From an uncultured Bacteroidota bacterium (lineage in GTDB: Bacteria > Bacteroidota > Bacteroidia > Flavobacteriales > Flavobacteriaceae), in assembly GCA_902609185.1 (NCBI GenBank), contig CACLQX010000001.1, forward strand, positions 2,825 through 66,824: a DNA stretch of 64,000 nucleotides. Reading direction: 5' to 3'. The number at the start of each line of letters is the position of its first letter. Position 1 is the first letter of the stretch. The notes beneath the pieces are model-generated. The model ran no database searches and was not told the origin of the DNA. It was given only the letters and a program-made list of their open reading frames with translations. Of the stretch, positions 1 to 9,848 are shown piece after piece. The translations under genes were made by a program, and so were the position numbers.

Positions 1-336
1 GGCGTCAGGACCTACAACTAAATCAACAATTTTCTCCTCAATTAAAAATTTTTCTTTTAGTCTTTCAGCCATACAACCTAAAACACCAATTTTTAGATTG
101 GTATTTTTCTTTTTCAATTTTTTAAACGATTCAAGTTTTTTTCTAATAGTAATTTCAGCTTTTTCCCGTATTGAACATGTATTTAATAATATAAGGTCTG
201 AATTTATGTAATTATCAGATGATTGGTATCCATTACTGTTTAATATGGATGATACAACTTCAGAATCAGAAAAATTCATCTGACAACCATATGTAATGAT
301 TGAATATTTTTTTTTATTATCAACAGTTGCTAGCAT
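1..336 (-). CDS. miaB: tRNA methylthiotransferase MiaB-type, N-terminal part (gene continues beyond the left edge)
   Basis: It is absent from the ORF track because it runs off the window. My minus-strand translation from the ATG (complement of 334-336) gives MLATVDNKKKYSIITYGCQMNFSDSEVVSSILNSNGYQSSDNY..DLILLNTCSIREKAE..IGVLGCMAERLK..VVGPDA. This is the typical MiaB/MTTase N-terminal domain with its three spaced Cys. Confidence 0.8.
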   Translation of the reverse strand, partial: MLATVDNKKKYSIITYGCQMNFSDSEVVSSILNSNGYQSSDNYINSDLILLNTCSIREKAEITIRKKLESFKKLKKKNTNLKIGVLGCMAERLKEKFLIEEKIVDLVVGPDA

Positions 337-469
337 AATTTTAATATGATGGCAAATATAAAAAAACCTGACAAATTGTCGTGTTTTTTAAATTTTTGAT
401 TTCAATTTATTTTTTCAATTGGCACAAGACTTGATTAATTGTGATTCGTAAGCATTAAAAAAAAACGTA

Positions 470-477
470 TACATTTG
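470..477 (+). promoter_or_regulatory. Bacteroidetes-type -7 box (TACATTTG = TAnnTTTG) upstream of topA
   Basis: Exact TAnnTTTG match 18 nt upstream of the topA ATG at 496. No good TTG -33 element lies at 17-21 nt spacing, so this is weak. Confidence 0.3.
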
Positions 478-495
478 TCAACCTAATTTTCAGAA

Positions 496-2937
496 ATGCC
501 AAAAAATTTAGTCATAGTTGAGTCACCTGCAAAAGCAAAAACTATAGAAAAGTTTTTAGGAAATGACTTCAAAGTTGTATCAAGTAATGGTCATATAGCA
601 GACTTACCATCCAAAGAATTAGGCATCAATATTGACAACAATTATGAACCAAAATATATTGTTAATTCAGATAAAAAAGATATTGTAAAAAAACTCAAAA
701 AGGAATCAAAAACTGCGGAGATGGTTTGGTTGGCTAGTGATGAAGACAGAGAAGGTGAGGCCATTGCCTGGCATTTATATGAGCTTTTGGGTTTAAATAA
801 AGACAATACTAAAAGAATAGTATTTCGAGAGATAACGAAAAATGCGGTATTAAAGTCAATTGAAAATCCAAGAGAAATAAATGAAAGCCTCGTAAACGCT
901 CAACAAGCCAGGAGAGTCTTAGATCGGTTGGTTGGATATAAAATTTCACCTGTTCTTTGGAGAAAGGTTAAGGGAGGATTATCAGCAGGAAGAGTTCAAT
1001 CAGTCGCGTTGAGACTAATTGCTGACAAGGAGAAGGAAATTGAAAGTTTTCAGCCAGTGAAATCTTTCAAAGTATCAGCAGAGTTTTTGACTGTTAATGG
1101 GAAAGTATTTAAAGCAAGACACAAATCTAAGATTGATGAAAATATTGATTTAGAAAGATTAATAGAGTCCCTAAAAAATTCAGAATTTAATGTATCTGAT
1201 ATCAAAAAAACTCCTTTATCTAGAAAACCGTTGCCTCCTTTCACCACATCAACACTTCAGCAAGAGGCGTCAAGAAGGCTAGGTTTTCCTGTATCCAAAA
1301 CCATGCGTACAGCTCAAAGACTATATGAACAAGGACATATAACATACATGAGAACAGACAGTGTTACTCTGTCAGATGTAGCAAAAAATGCTATAAAAAA
1401 TAAAATTTTAAATGATTTTGGTGATAAATATTTTACCCAAAGATCTTACACTAATAAATCTAAAAATGCTCAGCAAGCACATGAAGCAGTTAGGCCAACG
1501 GATTTTGAAAACAAGAATGTTTCTGTTGATTTAGACCAGGTCAAGCTGTATGATTTGATTTGGAAACGGACAATTGCAAGTCAAATGTCTCTGGCAAAAA
1601 TTGATAAAACGGTTGTTTCAGTTCAAAGTAGAACAATTGATCTAACATTTACAGCTGAAGGCGAAGTGATTAACTTTGATGGGTTTTTAAAAGTTTACAG
1701 TTCGGTAAAAGATGATGACTCAGAAAAAGATATTACTATTGATCTTCCCAAACTAAATGTGGGAGACAATTTAAATAAAAAAGCAATTTTAATTACTGAA
1801 AATTTTTCAAAACCACCATTTAGATACACTGAGGCATCTCTTGTCAGAAAAATGGAGGAATTAGGCATTGGTAGACCATCTACGTACGCCCCAACAATAA
1901 CTACTGTAATGAACAGAAAATATGTTTTTAAGGGTACAGATGATTCAAAAAAGAGAGAGATATTACAAATTATTGTCAATGATAAAATTAAAAGGCAAAA
2001 GGTGGAAGAATCATATGGTTCTAACAAAGGTAAACTTGTGCCGTCCGAAGTTGGAAAGTTAGTTAATGATTTTTTATGTAATAATTTTAAAAACATAATT
2101 GATTATAATTTTACAGCTGATGTTGAAAATAATTTCGATTTAATTGCATCAGGAAAAAAACAATGGAAAGAAATTATTAATGAGTTTTATAACCCATTTA
2201 ACAATAAAGTGTCAGAAGTTGAAAAGAATGCTAAGAGAGAAACCGGTGAAAGAATTTTAGGCTTAGATCCAAAGAGTGGAAGACAAGTGAGTGTAAAACT
2301 CGGTAAGTTTGGTCCGATGGTACAAATCGGCAAGGTTGAAGATGAAGAAAAACCATTATTTGCTAGTCTTCTTCCAGATCAAAAAATAAGTAATGTAACC
2401 ATTAAAGATGCTTTAAGATTATTTGAACTTCCTTTTAAAGTTGGTGAATATGAGGGTAAAGAAGTTATTTCTAACATAGGAAGATATGGTCCATACATCA
2501 AATATGAAAAGACCTTTATCTCAATTCCGCAAGGATTAACTCCATTTACAATTTCAATTGAAAAATCTGTTGAGCTAATTTTAAATAAGCAAAAAGAAAA
2601 CAAACCCTTAATCAACTACGAGGGTTTTGACGTCACAAAGGGTAAAGGAAGGTTTGGCCCATATATCAAATGGAATGGAACTTTTATTAATGTTAATAAA
2701 AACTATGATTTTGAAAATCTTTCGCATGAGGATTGCATTAAGCTAATCACAGATAAAAAAGCGAAGGATGCAGAAAAAATATTAAAAGTCTGGGAGTCAG
2801 AAAAAATCTCAATAGAAAAGGGTAGGTGGGGCAAAATTTTTATTATTAAAGGAAAATCAAGAATTCCGCTTTCTAAAGATATTGATATCAATTCTATAGA
2901 TTTGAAGACCGCAAAAGGTTATTTTAGAAAAAAATAA
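496..2937 (+). CDS. topA: DNA topoisomerase I
   Basis: 813 aa. Toprim N-terminus MPKNLVIVESPAKAKTIEKFLG, DEDREGEAIAWH, and active-site region ITYMRTDS. The C-terminus carries four Cys-less G[RK][FYW]G(P)..I(K) repeats (GKFGPMVQIG, GRYGPYIKY, GRFGPYIKW, GRWGKIFII) instead of zinc fingers. Confidence 0.97.
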   Translation: MPKNLVIVESPAKAKTIEKFLGNDFKVVSSNGHIADLPSKELGINIDNNYEPKYIVNSDKKDIVKKLKKESKTAEMVWLASDEDREGEAIAWHLYELLGLNKDNTKRIVFREITKNAVLKSIENPREINESLVNAQQARRVLDRLVGYKISPVLWRKVKGGLSAGRVQSVALRLIADKEKEIESFQPVKSFKVSAEFLTVNGKVFKARHKSKIDENIDLERLIESLKNSEFNVSDIKKTPLSRKPLPPFTTSTLQQEASRRLGFPVSKTMRTAQRLYEQGHITYMRTDSVTLSDVAKNAIKNKILNDFGDKYFTQRSYTNKSKNAQQAHEAVRPTDFENKNVSVDLDQVKLYDLIWKRTIASQMSLAKIDKTVVSVQSRTIDLTFTAEGEVINFDGFLKVYSSVKDDDSEKDITIDLPKLNVGDNLNKKAILITENFSKPPFRYTEASLVRKMEELGIGRPSTYAPTITTVMNRKYVFKGTDDSKKREILQIIVNDKIKRQKVEESYGSNKGKLVPSEVGKLVNDFLCNNFKNIIDYNFTADVENNFDLIASGKKQWKEIINEFYNPFNNKVSEVEKNAKRETGERILGLDPKSGRQVSVKLGKFGPMVQIGKVEDEEKPLFASLLPDQKISNVTIKDALRLFELPFKVGEYEGKEVISNIGRYGPYIKYEKTFISIPQGLTPFTISIEKSVELILNKQKENKPLINYEGFDVTKGKGRFGPYIKWNGTFINVNKNYDFENLSHEDCIKLITDKKAKDAEKILKVWESEKISIEKGRWGKIFIIKGKSRIPLSKDIDINSIDLKTAKGYFRKK

Positions 2938-2945
2938 TTCAGAGA

Positions 2946-4061
2946 GTGTTAAAAGATTACTTCAGTTCACTAATTGATTTTAAAGAATTTCACGATAAAC
3001 TAAATAAGAAATCAATTGGTAGAAATATTATAATAAATGGTATTGATGAGTTCGAAATAGATCAATCAATTAGTATTGTATTATTGTCTGTTGAGGGTTT
3101 AAAATTAGACTCAAAAAATAGTTTAAATTATTCAAAAAAAATTAGAAAAAAATTATATGGCTTATCGTGGGGAGGTTGGAATTTAAAGATTTTAGACTTG
3201 GGATTTTTTAAAATTGGAAATCAAGACTCGGATACTCAGTTTGCTATAAGAGAAATTTTAGAAAAATTAGCGTCCATGCAAATAAAAGTCGTTGTTTTAA
3301 ATCACAACCATAATTTAACTTTTGATTTTTATTACGCATTAAAACAAAACAATAATATTGTTAATATTGTTTCGGTTGACAATAAAATTCCAACTAATTC
3401 TAAAGATTCATCATTAAGAAAAATTTTAGACGATGAAAATTGTAAACTTGGAGAATATTCAAACGTAGGTTTTCAAAAACACATTAATAATATTGATGAA
3501 ATTAAACTTTTTAAAAATATGATGTTTGAAACGTATAGTCTGGGTAAAGTAAAAAATAAAATAATCAATACAGAACCAATTTTTAGAAATTCTGATTTAG
3601 TTAATATCAGTATACGTGCAGTTAAATCAGGTGACGTTAATAATTCACATGAATTTACAAATGGATTGTCATCTTATGAATTTTGTAGTCTCTGCAGATT
3701 TGCAGGTTTATCAACCAACTTAAATTTAATTTCTTTTAGATTAGACTATCAATCCTCTGCCATATCATCATTAATTTCGGAGGGAATATGGTATGCTATT
3801 GATGGTATGGATAGTGTAGTGGAAGAAAATATAGATGTTAACTCAGAAAATTATATTTTTTATAACGTTTCAGTAGATAATTTTGATCTAAAATTTGTAA
3901 AGAGTTTACTTAGTAACAGGTGGTGGGTGTGTCTTGAAAATATTAATTTAGTTCAGATGGAAAAAACCTATATTCCATGTGTTGAAGATGATTATTTATT
4001 ATCTAAAAATTCTGTTTTGTCTGACAGGATATTGACAAGAATAAAAAATAAAATAACCTAA
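2946..4061 (+). CDS. Hypothetical protein (possibly a degenerate arginase/formiminoglutamase-fold protein)
   Basis: 371-aa ORF with a GTG start 8 nt after the topA stop. There is no in-frame ATG for about 110 codons and no signal peptide. The segment VVVLNHNHNLTFDFYYAL...VSVDNKIP loosely resembles the strand-GGxH.../..D.H.D layout of arginase-family proteins, but without the metal ligands. The function call is tentative. Confidence 0.65.
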   Translation: MLKDYFSSLIDFKEFHDKLNKKSIGRNIIINGIDEFEIDQSISIVLLSVEGLKLDSKNSLNYSKKIRKKLYGLSWGGWNLKILDLGFFKIGNQDSDTQFAIREILEKLASMQIKVVVLNHNHNLTFDFYYALKQNNNIVNIVSVDNKIPTNSKDSSLRKILDDENCKLGEYSNVGFQKHINNIDEIKLFKNMMFETYSLGKVKNKIINTEPIFRNSDLVNISIRAVKSGDVNNSHEFTNGLSSYEFCSLCRFAGLSTNLNLISFRLDYQSSAISSLISEGIWYAIDGMDSVVEENIDVNSENYIFYNVSVDNFDLKFVKSLLSNRWWVCLENINLVQMEKTYIPCVEDDYLLSKNSVLSDRILTRIKNKIT

Positions 4062-4119
4062 AATTAAATCAAAAGTATTATTTTAGGGTCCAATTTTTGA
4101 TATTGTATACATATATAGT

Positions 4120-5610
4120 ATGAAAAAAAATTTATTATTAGTAGCATTTTTGTTTTTACTGTTTTCTTGTTCAAAGGACGATAGAGGAGATCTCGTTGGA
4201 GTTAAGGCCTCAAAATTTTTTCCCAATAAACCACAAGGAATGGTCCTAATTCCCTCCGGTTCATACGTCATGGGACCCTCAAATCCAAATGCATATATGG
4301 ATCAAAATCCTACTCTAAAAACTGTTTCTTTGAAAGCGTTTTACATGGACGAAACGGAGATCTCTAATGGTGAGTATAGACAGTTTGTTAATTGGGTCAG
4401 AGATTCGATTGTCAGAGATGAACTTGCTCGAGCAGCATATGAAAAAATTGGAGATGAGATTAATGAAGAAGATCTTCTTTGGGATTATATGCCTATCGCA
4501 AAGATATCTGAATCTGATGATGAGGAAAAATCTGCTTATCAAGAATATTTAGAGCAAAATGGTTTAGGGTTTCTAGATATTGATAATAAATTTACCTACA
4601 AACTTAATTGGGAGACTGAACTTTATTGGAATGTTGAAGATTATGTGGATTCGAATTACGCAGCTGTATTAGAGGGTGGCTCTGGAGCAGATTCATCTGG
4701 GCTTTATGAAAATCTTCCCAATCCCATTAATGAAAAAGGTGAGGCAAAAGAATATATTAAAACTAATGATTCACTCATAGGTTTTGAAGGATTTATGATT
4801 CCTGGCGATAAGACACCAAATGGTTTAAGGGCGTTCAAAACAAAAAGAATTGTATATAATTACAGGGAATTTAATATTGATCAGAATAAATGGTCTGAAT
4901 ACAAGGAGATTGAAGTTTATCCAGATACTACTGTGTGGTACAAGGATTTTGCATTTAGTTACAATGAACCAATGCACAATGATTATTTTTGGCATGATGC
5001 TTACAATGATTACCCTGTTGTAGGTGTTTCATGGGAGCAAGCCAAGGCTTTTGCTCATTGGAGGACTTTTTATAAAAACCAAAACCAAAGAAAAGCAAGA
5101 AAAAATATTCAATTAGTTAGTGAATTTAGGCTACCTACTGAAGCTGAGTGGGAGTATGCAGCAAGAGGAGGTATTGAAAGAGCTGAGTTTCCGTGGGGAG
5201 GGCCATACACATATGATGAAAAAGGTTGTTTTCTTGCCAATTTTAAACCTGAAAGAGGAGATTATGCTGCTGACCAGATTTTATATACTGCCGAGGTGGA
5301 ATCTTATTGGCCGAATGATTTCGGATTATATAATATGTCAGGAAATGTTTCAGAGTGGACTGACTCCAATTATGAAAAGGATGCAGTTGATTTAGTAGCT
5401 GGATTAAACCCAAATGTTGAAGGATCTAAAACAAATAATCAAAAAGTTGTCAGAGGTGGATCTTGGAAGGACGTGGCTCATTTTTTAAAGGTATCTACAA
5501 GAGATTATGAATATCAAAATACGAAAAGATCCTACATAGGCTTTAGAACAGTTCAAAGTTATCTTGGAGAGGATGTAGGCTTTCAAGAAAACCCTAATAA
5601 AATATTTTAA
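4120..5610 (+). CDS. gldK: T9SS/gliding lipoprotein GldK (PorK homologue), FGE-sulfatase-like domain
   Basis: 496 aa. Lipoprotein signal MKKNLLLVAFLFLLFSC followed by DLVGV..PQGMVLIPSGSYVMG. SUMF1/FGE-type motifs are present (YPVVGVSWEQAKAFAHW, RLPTEAEWEYAARGG, GNVSEWT, VVRGGSW). It is the first gene of a gldKLMN string. Confidence 0.93.
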   Translation: MKKNLLLVAFLFLLFSCSKDDRGDLVGVKASKFFPNKPQGMVLIPSGSYVMGPSNPNAYMDQNPTLKTVSLKAFYMDETEISNGEYRQFVNWVRDSIVRDELARAAYEKIGDEINEEDLLWDYMPIAKISESDDEEKSAYQEYLEQNGLGFLDIDNKFTYKLNWETELYWNVEDYVDSNYAAVLEGGSGADSSGLYENLPNPINEKGEAKEYIKTNDSLIGFEGFMIPGDKTPNGLRAFKTKRIVYNYREFNIDQNKWSEYKEIEVYPDTTVWYKDFAFSYNEPMHNDYFWHDAYNDYPVVGVSWEQAKAFAHWRTFYKNQNQRKARKNIQLVSEFRLPTEAEWEYAARGGIERAEFPWGGPYTYDEKGCFLANFKPERGDYAADQILYTAEVESYWPNDFGLYNMSGNVSEWTDSNYEKDAVDLVAGLNPNVEGSKTNNQKVVRGGSWKDVAHFLKVSTRDYEYQNTKRSYIGFRTVQSYLGEDVGFQENPNKIF

Positions 5611-5639
5611 TTAAAATTTCAAACTAAAAATTAACAATT

Positions 5640-6221
5640 ATGAAAAAACAATTTATACCCGACAATTACATGGAATTATTCTTTGGAATAGGAGCTGCAG
5701 TTGTAATTATTGGTGCTCTCTTAAAAATTATTAATGCATCACTAATATTCTCAGCTAACACTTGGCTCATTGCTGGACTATCAACTGAAGCAATAATTTT
5801 TACTCTTTCAGGTATTCAAGGTTATTTTCTTTCATCACCTGGCGAAGAGGAAGATGCTGTCAGTACTATTGCAATTGAAACTGCTGCATTACAAAAAGCA
5901 GTTGACGGAACTGTTAAAGGTCTGAATAGTTTAAATTCAAATCTAACCTCCGCATCCAAAGCCGCACAATCTATTTCTGTTCCCTCTGATTTGTCATCTA
6001 ATGCTCAATCAGTAAGCGATGGGCTTTCATCTGCAAGTGCAAGTATTGAGGAGATCAATAAATTGTATCAAAACTTAGGAAAATCTTTATCTCAAGTAAA
6101 CTCGGCCACTGATGCCTTGGACATTCCGGACGGAATTGGTGAAGAGTTAGAGAAAATGAAGAATACAATTAAGGAGTTAAATGCTAAGTATGAAGCAATG
6201 CTTGGCGCAATGAACAAGTAA
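5640..6221 (+). CDS. gldL: T9SS/gliding motor protein GldL (PorL homologue)
   Basis: 193 aa. Two N-terminal TM helices (LFFGIGAAVVIIGALLKI; WLIAGLSTEAIIFTLSG) followed by a Ser/Ala-rich cytoplasmic tail. It sits between gldK and gldM. Confidence 0.88.
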   Translation: MKKQFIPDNYMELFFGIGAAVVIIGALLKIINASLIFSANTWLIAGLSTEAIIFTLSGIQGYFLSSPGEEEDAVSTIAIETAALQKAVDGTVKGLNSLNSNLTSASKAAQSISVPSDLSSNAQSVSDGLSSASASIEEINKLYQNLGKSLSQVNSATDALDIPDGIGEELEKMKNTIKELNAKYEAMLGAMNK

Positions 6222-6223
6222 AA

Positions 6224-7918
6224 ATGGCTGGATCATCAGGAAAACAAACGAGAAGTCAACAGTCTCGTCAGAAAATGATAAACATGATGTACCTCGTGTT
6301 TATTGCCATGCTTGCATTACAGATTAGTAAAGAGGTATTGGCTACCTTAGGAATTTTAAGTGAGGATATGGAAAAATCCACTGCTGAGCTTAAAATCTCT
6401 ATTGACAATGCCTACACTATTATTGATCAAAATAGTAATCAGGATTATTACAAAATTCCATCTGAGGAGTTGCCAAAGCTAAAAGACGCAACTGACGAAT
6501 ATTTTAAATTCCTTCAAAACATGAAGGATTCTCTAATAGGAATGGATGAAAATAATTATATGATTGATATTGAATACACGGATGAGAATGGTGAAGAAAA
6601 AGTTAGTCAAAGAAGAGATTATCAAGTGATGGATAAAAGTAATTACCTTGATGAAATGTTTTTTATTAGTGATGGAGTCACTGATAAAGGACAACAGTTT
6701 ATCGATTATTTTAAAGGATTTTCAGGAAAAGTAGAAGCAGTTTTAGATTCAATTGTACAAAGAGATGCGAGAACTGTTCAATCTAATTATGGTTTTTCTG
6801 CTGCATTTTCTAACTTATCTCTAAGGTTTAAATATCCAGAAGATGACCAAGTTGTAAACAGAGATGGAATCAAGGAAGACTGGATCTATTATAACTATGA
6901 AAAGTTTCCATTAGTTGCTTCACTTGCTAAAATCACTAAGATTCAAGCAGATATTAGATCTGTTGAATATGAAATTTTAAATTCTTTGGTTAGTAAGACC
7001 AAAGACCGTCAGCTTAGTTTTGACTCGAAAAGTACATTATTAGAGACTGATCGACAAGCCTATTACACAAACAGTGTTGTTGACGCCAAGGTTGTTGTTG
7101 GAAATACTGATTCTAGTTTCAAACCTGACAGAGTTGATTTAAAAGTTGATAATGTTTCACTAAGAGATTCTGAATTTGAGGTTGTTGATGGTAAGATCAA
7201 GCTTAGTAAAAGATTCTCATCACCTGGAATTAAAAAAATATTCGGATATCTATTCTTTGATAATAATGGAAATACTGACAGTCTTCTTGTTGACACTCAA
7301 TTTTATGTTATTCCAAAACCAAATGAGGCTGTTGTATCCCCAATTAATATGCAAGTGTTTTACATTGGTTTAAGAAATGAAATTAAAGTTGCATTTCCCG
7401 GTGTTGCAGACTTGACCTCAATTAATGTTTCAGCGAAAAATGGTCAAGTAATAAGACAAAACGGAAAATATTATGCTGCTCCTGATGCAGGTGTTACTAG
7501 TATGGATGTAGTAGTTTCTGGAAAAACTAATGATGAAACAGTTACAAGCGTAGTGCCTTTTGATGTTGCTGAGGCTCCACCTGGAAGAGGTTCGGTATTT
7601 ACAGGTGTAGAAAGTTTTGTAAATACAGATGGTGTATCCAAGAACAATTTAAAATTTGGTCAGATCAGAGGAGAAAAACCACCATCTTTTTTATATGATT
7701 ATGCAATTAATGTAAAAAGATTTCAAATAAAAGTTGGAAACTTTAACACAAGGGATATCGTTGGAGATAGGGTTAATGCTAATGCATCGGCTTTGGCAGA
7801 TATTGATGCAGCCAGCTCTGGCACAAGTGTTGTAATCACTATATTAGATGCCGAAAAAATTGATGGTGATTTTAAATCGCCAACTGTAGTTGAACCATTT
7901 GTTTTAACTTTAAAATAA
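6224..7918 (+). CDS. gldM: T9SS/gliding protein GldM (PorM homologue)
   Basis: 564 aa. The hallmark N-terminus is ..SRQKMINMMYLVFIAMLALQISKEVL (a single TM), followed by a long periplasmic region. It starts 2 nt after gldL. Confidence 0.93.
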   Translation: MAGSSGKQTRSQQSRQKMINMMYLVFIAMLALQISKEVLATLGILSEDMEKSTAELKISIDNAYTIIDQNSNQDYYKIPSEELPKLKDATDEYFKFLQNMKDSLIGMDENNYMIDIEYTDENGEEKVSQRRDYQVMDKSNYLDEMFFISDGVTDKGQQFIDYFKGFSGKVEAVLDSIVQRDARTVQSNYGFSAAFSNLSLRFKYPEDDQVVNRDGIKEDWIYYNYEKFPLVASLAKITKIQADIRSVEYEILNSLVSKTKDRQLSFDSKSTLLETDRQAYYTNSVVDAKVVVGNTDSSFKPDRVDLKVDNVSLRDSEFEVVDGKIKLSKRFSSPGIKKIFGYLFFDNNGNTDSLLVDTQFYVIPKPNEAVVSPINMQVFYIGLRNEIKVAFPGVADLTSINVSAKNGQVIRQNGKYYAAPDAGVTSMDVVVSGKTNDETVTSVVPFDVAEAPPGRGSVFTGVESFVNTDGVSKNNLKFGQIRGEKPPSFLYDYAINVKRFQIKVGNFNTRDIVGDRVNANASALADIDAASSGTSVVITILDAEKIDGDFKSPTVVEPFVLTLK

Positions 7919-7919
7919 A

Positions 7920-8828
7920 ATGAAAAAAATATTCTTACTCTCTTTATTGGTGTTCTCTGCTGATGATATGTTTGGTCAAGCTAACTTATTGAATGCGAAA
8001 AATCCTCTAGAAGTTGGTGATTCTTCATCAAGTAAAGCAATCGTTGAGTTTATGGATTATGAATATGTAGATGATAAAGATATTTTATGGTCCAAAGTGG
8101 TTTACGAATTTATTGATCTTAATGAAAGGTTAAATTTTCCATTACTTTTCCCTGTTAATGATACAAAATATGATGATACAAGAAAATCATTATGGAGAAT
8201 TATTAGAGAAAATATTGAAAATGGAAAAATTAGTGAGGTTTATGACTCCAACAACGATAACTTCACAGAAGCTTCAAGAATAATAGGAAAAGATAGTACT
8301 GATTTAGAAGCCAATATTTATAAAAACTATAATATTAGTGACATTTACAAGTCCAAATATGTTCCAGAATCTTTTGTTCCAAGGGAAATTGCCTCCTCTG
8401 CTGATATTTTTGGATATGTTATAAAGGGTGTATGGTATTTTGATAAAATTCATGCTGAACTGAGATACAGGTTATTGGCAATACAGCCATACGGAACTGA
8501 TCTTAAGACATCTGTTGACGGTGAAGAAACTGAGACAGGATATTTTTGGATATGGTACCCATCTATAAGAGAGATTTTAGATGATCATTTAGTTTTTAAT
8601 GATAAAAACAACAATAACAGAGTCTCATTTGATGAACTCCTAATTAACAGAAGATTTAGCTCGTACATATACAAGTATGATAATGTTTACGGAGATAGAG
8701 AAATTAGAGATTATATCAGACAGAGAGATAATGAATCATATGCTCAATGGCAAACTAGAATCGTGATGGAATCCGAAAGAATCAAGAAAGAAATTCTAGA
8801 CTTTGAAATTGACATGTGGGGTTACTAA
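7920..8828 (+). CDS. gldN: T9SS/gliding protein GldN (PorN homologue)
   Basis: 302 aa with a signal peptide, starting 1 nt after gldM. The IKGVWYFDKIHAELRYRLLAIQPYG segment resembles the conserved GldN/PorN core. Confidence 0.85.
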   Translation: MKKIFLLSLLVFSADDMFGQANLLNAKNPLEVGDSSSSKAIVEFMDYEYVDDKDILWSKVVYEFIDLNERLNFPLLFPVNDTKYDDTRKSLWRIIRENIENGKISEVYDSNNDNFTEASRIIGKDSTDLEANIYKNYNISDIYKSKYVPESFVPREIASSADIFGYVIKGVWYFDKIHAELRYRLLAIQPYGTDLKTSVDGEETETGYFWIWYPSIREILDDHLVFNDKNNNNRVSFDELLINRRFSSYIYKYDNVYGDREIRDYIRQRDNESYAQWQTRIVMESERIKKEILDFEIDMWGY

Positions 8829-8840
8829 GAATGTTAACTC

Positions 8841-9848
8841 ATGAAACCCAATATTGTCAAAGTTTTTTCTCTATTGTTCATAGTCGCGTGTCTATGCTTT
8901 AAGTCTTATTCACAAGATCCAGTCTTTACACAGTTTTACAATATTCCTGATTATTTAAATCCATCTTTTACAGGCTTTTCTAAAGGAACTAAGGTTGGTA
9001 TTATAAACAGAACCCAGTGGTTTGGTCTGAATTATGGTTTAAACTCACAATTTTTCTTTATTGATAATTATTTTGGAGATGACGCTGAAACTGGAGTAGG
9101 TTTGGGACTAAACATAATGAATCATCATGAAAGTGTGACAAGATATAATTTTACTCAGGTCAATCTAAATTATGCCCATCATTTAAAATTATCAAAGGAA
9201 TGGTATTTTAACCCAAGCCTGACAGTTGGTTTGGGTGTAAAGGATTATACTTTTGATTATTTACTTGAAGATCAAATTCTAATTTTCCAAGGAATTATTA
9301 ATGCAAATTCAAATGATCCTATTTTATTAAATGATAGTTTATCTTTTTTTGATATGTCAGCTGGACTATTATTTTACACAGAAAATATTTGGTTTGGTGC
9401 TAGCTTAAAACACCTGACAAATCCAAAAATTTCATTCACTGGCGATGGAACAATCAAATTGGATCACTTTCTCTCAGTTCATGGAGGTTATAAATGGGAT
9501 TTGAGTAATAGAAGTATCAGGGAAGATTTGGATTTAAATATTGATTTAAATTATATGAGACAGGGCAATTATGATCGATTTGATGTAGGAACTAGATTAA
9601 AGTACAACGATTTTAGCTTGGGAGTTTTTGGCGTTGTAGCTCCAACAGATGTCACTGGTAGGTCTCATAAGTTGACATCATTTAATATTGTTGGAAACAT
9701 TGATTTTGATCGATTCAGATTTGGATACTCATATGACTTAAATGTGAGTGAGCTAAGGAATACAAAAGGAGTTTTTGAAATTTCAATTTCATATAAGTTT
9801 GATTCCTTCTTTGGAAATAATGGGCCTAACCCGTGTGAATGTATGTAA
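8841..9848 (+). CDS. Type IX secretion system membrane protein, PorP/SprF family
   Basis: 335 aa. A signal peptide is followed by QDPVFTQFYNIPDYLNPSFTGF, which is the family signature (QDPxFSQY..NP...G). The rest has a beta-barrel-like alternating pattern. Confidence 0.85.
   Translation: MKPNIVKVFSLLFIVACLCFKSYSQDPVFTQFYNIPDYLNPSFTGFSKGTKVGIINRTQWFGLNYGLNSQFFFIDNYFGDDAETGVGLGLNIMNHHESVTRYNFTQVNLNYAHHLKLSKEWYFNPSLTVGLGVKDYTFDYLLEDQILIFQGIINANSNDPILLNDSLSFFDMSAGLLFYTENIWFGASLKHLTNPKISFTGDGTIKLDHFLSVHGGYKWDLSNRSIREDLDLNIDLNYMRQGNYDRFDVGTRLKYNDFSLGVFGVVAPTDVTGRSHKLTSFNIVGNIDFDRFRFGYSYDLNVSELRNTKGVFEISISYKFDSFFGNNGPNPCECM

Noticed and set aside
4083-4271. Small ORFs overlapping gldK (4083-4271 minus, 4315-4542 minus, 4367-4552 plus, 5120-5395 plus).
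   Set aside because: They overlap a strongly supported gene in other frames or on the other strand. They have no signal, motif or independent start context.
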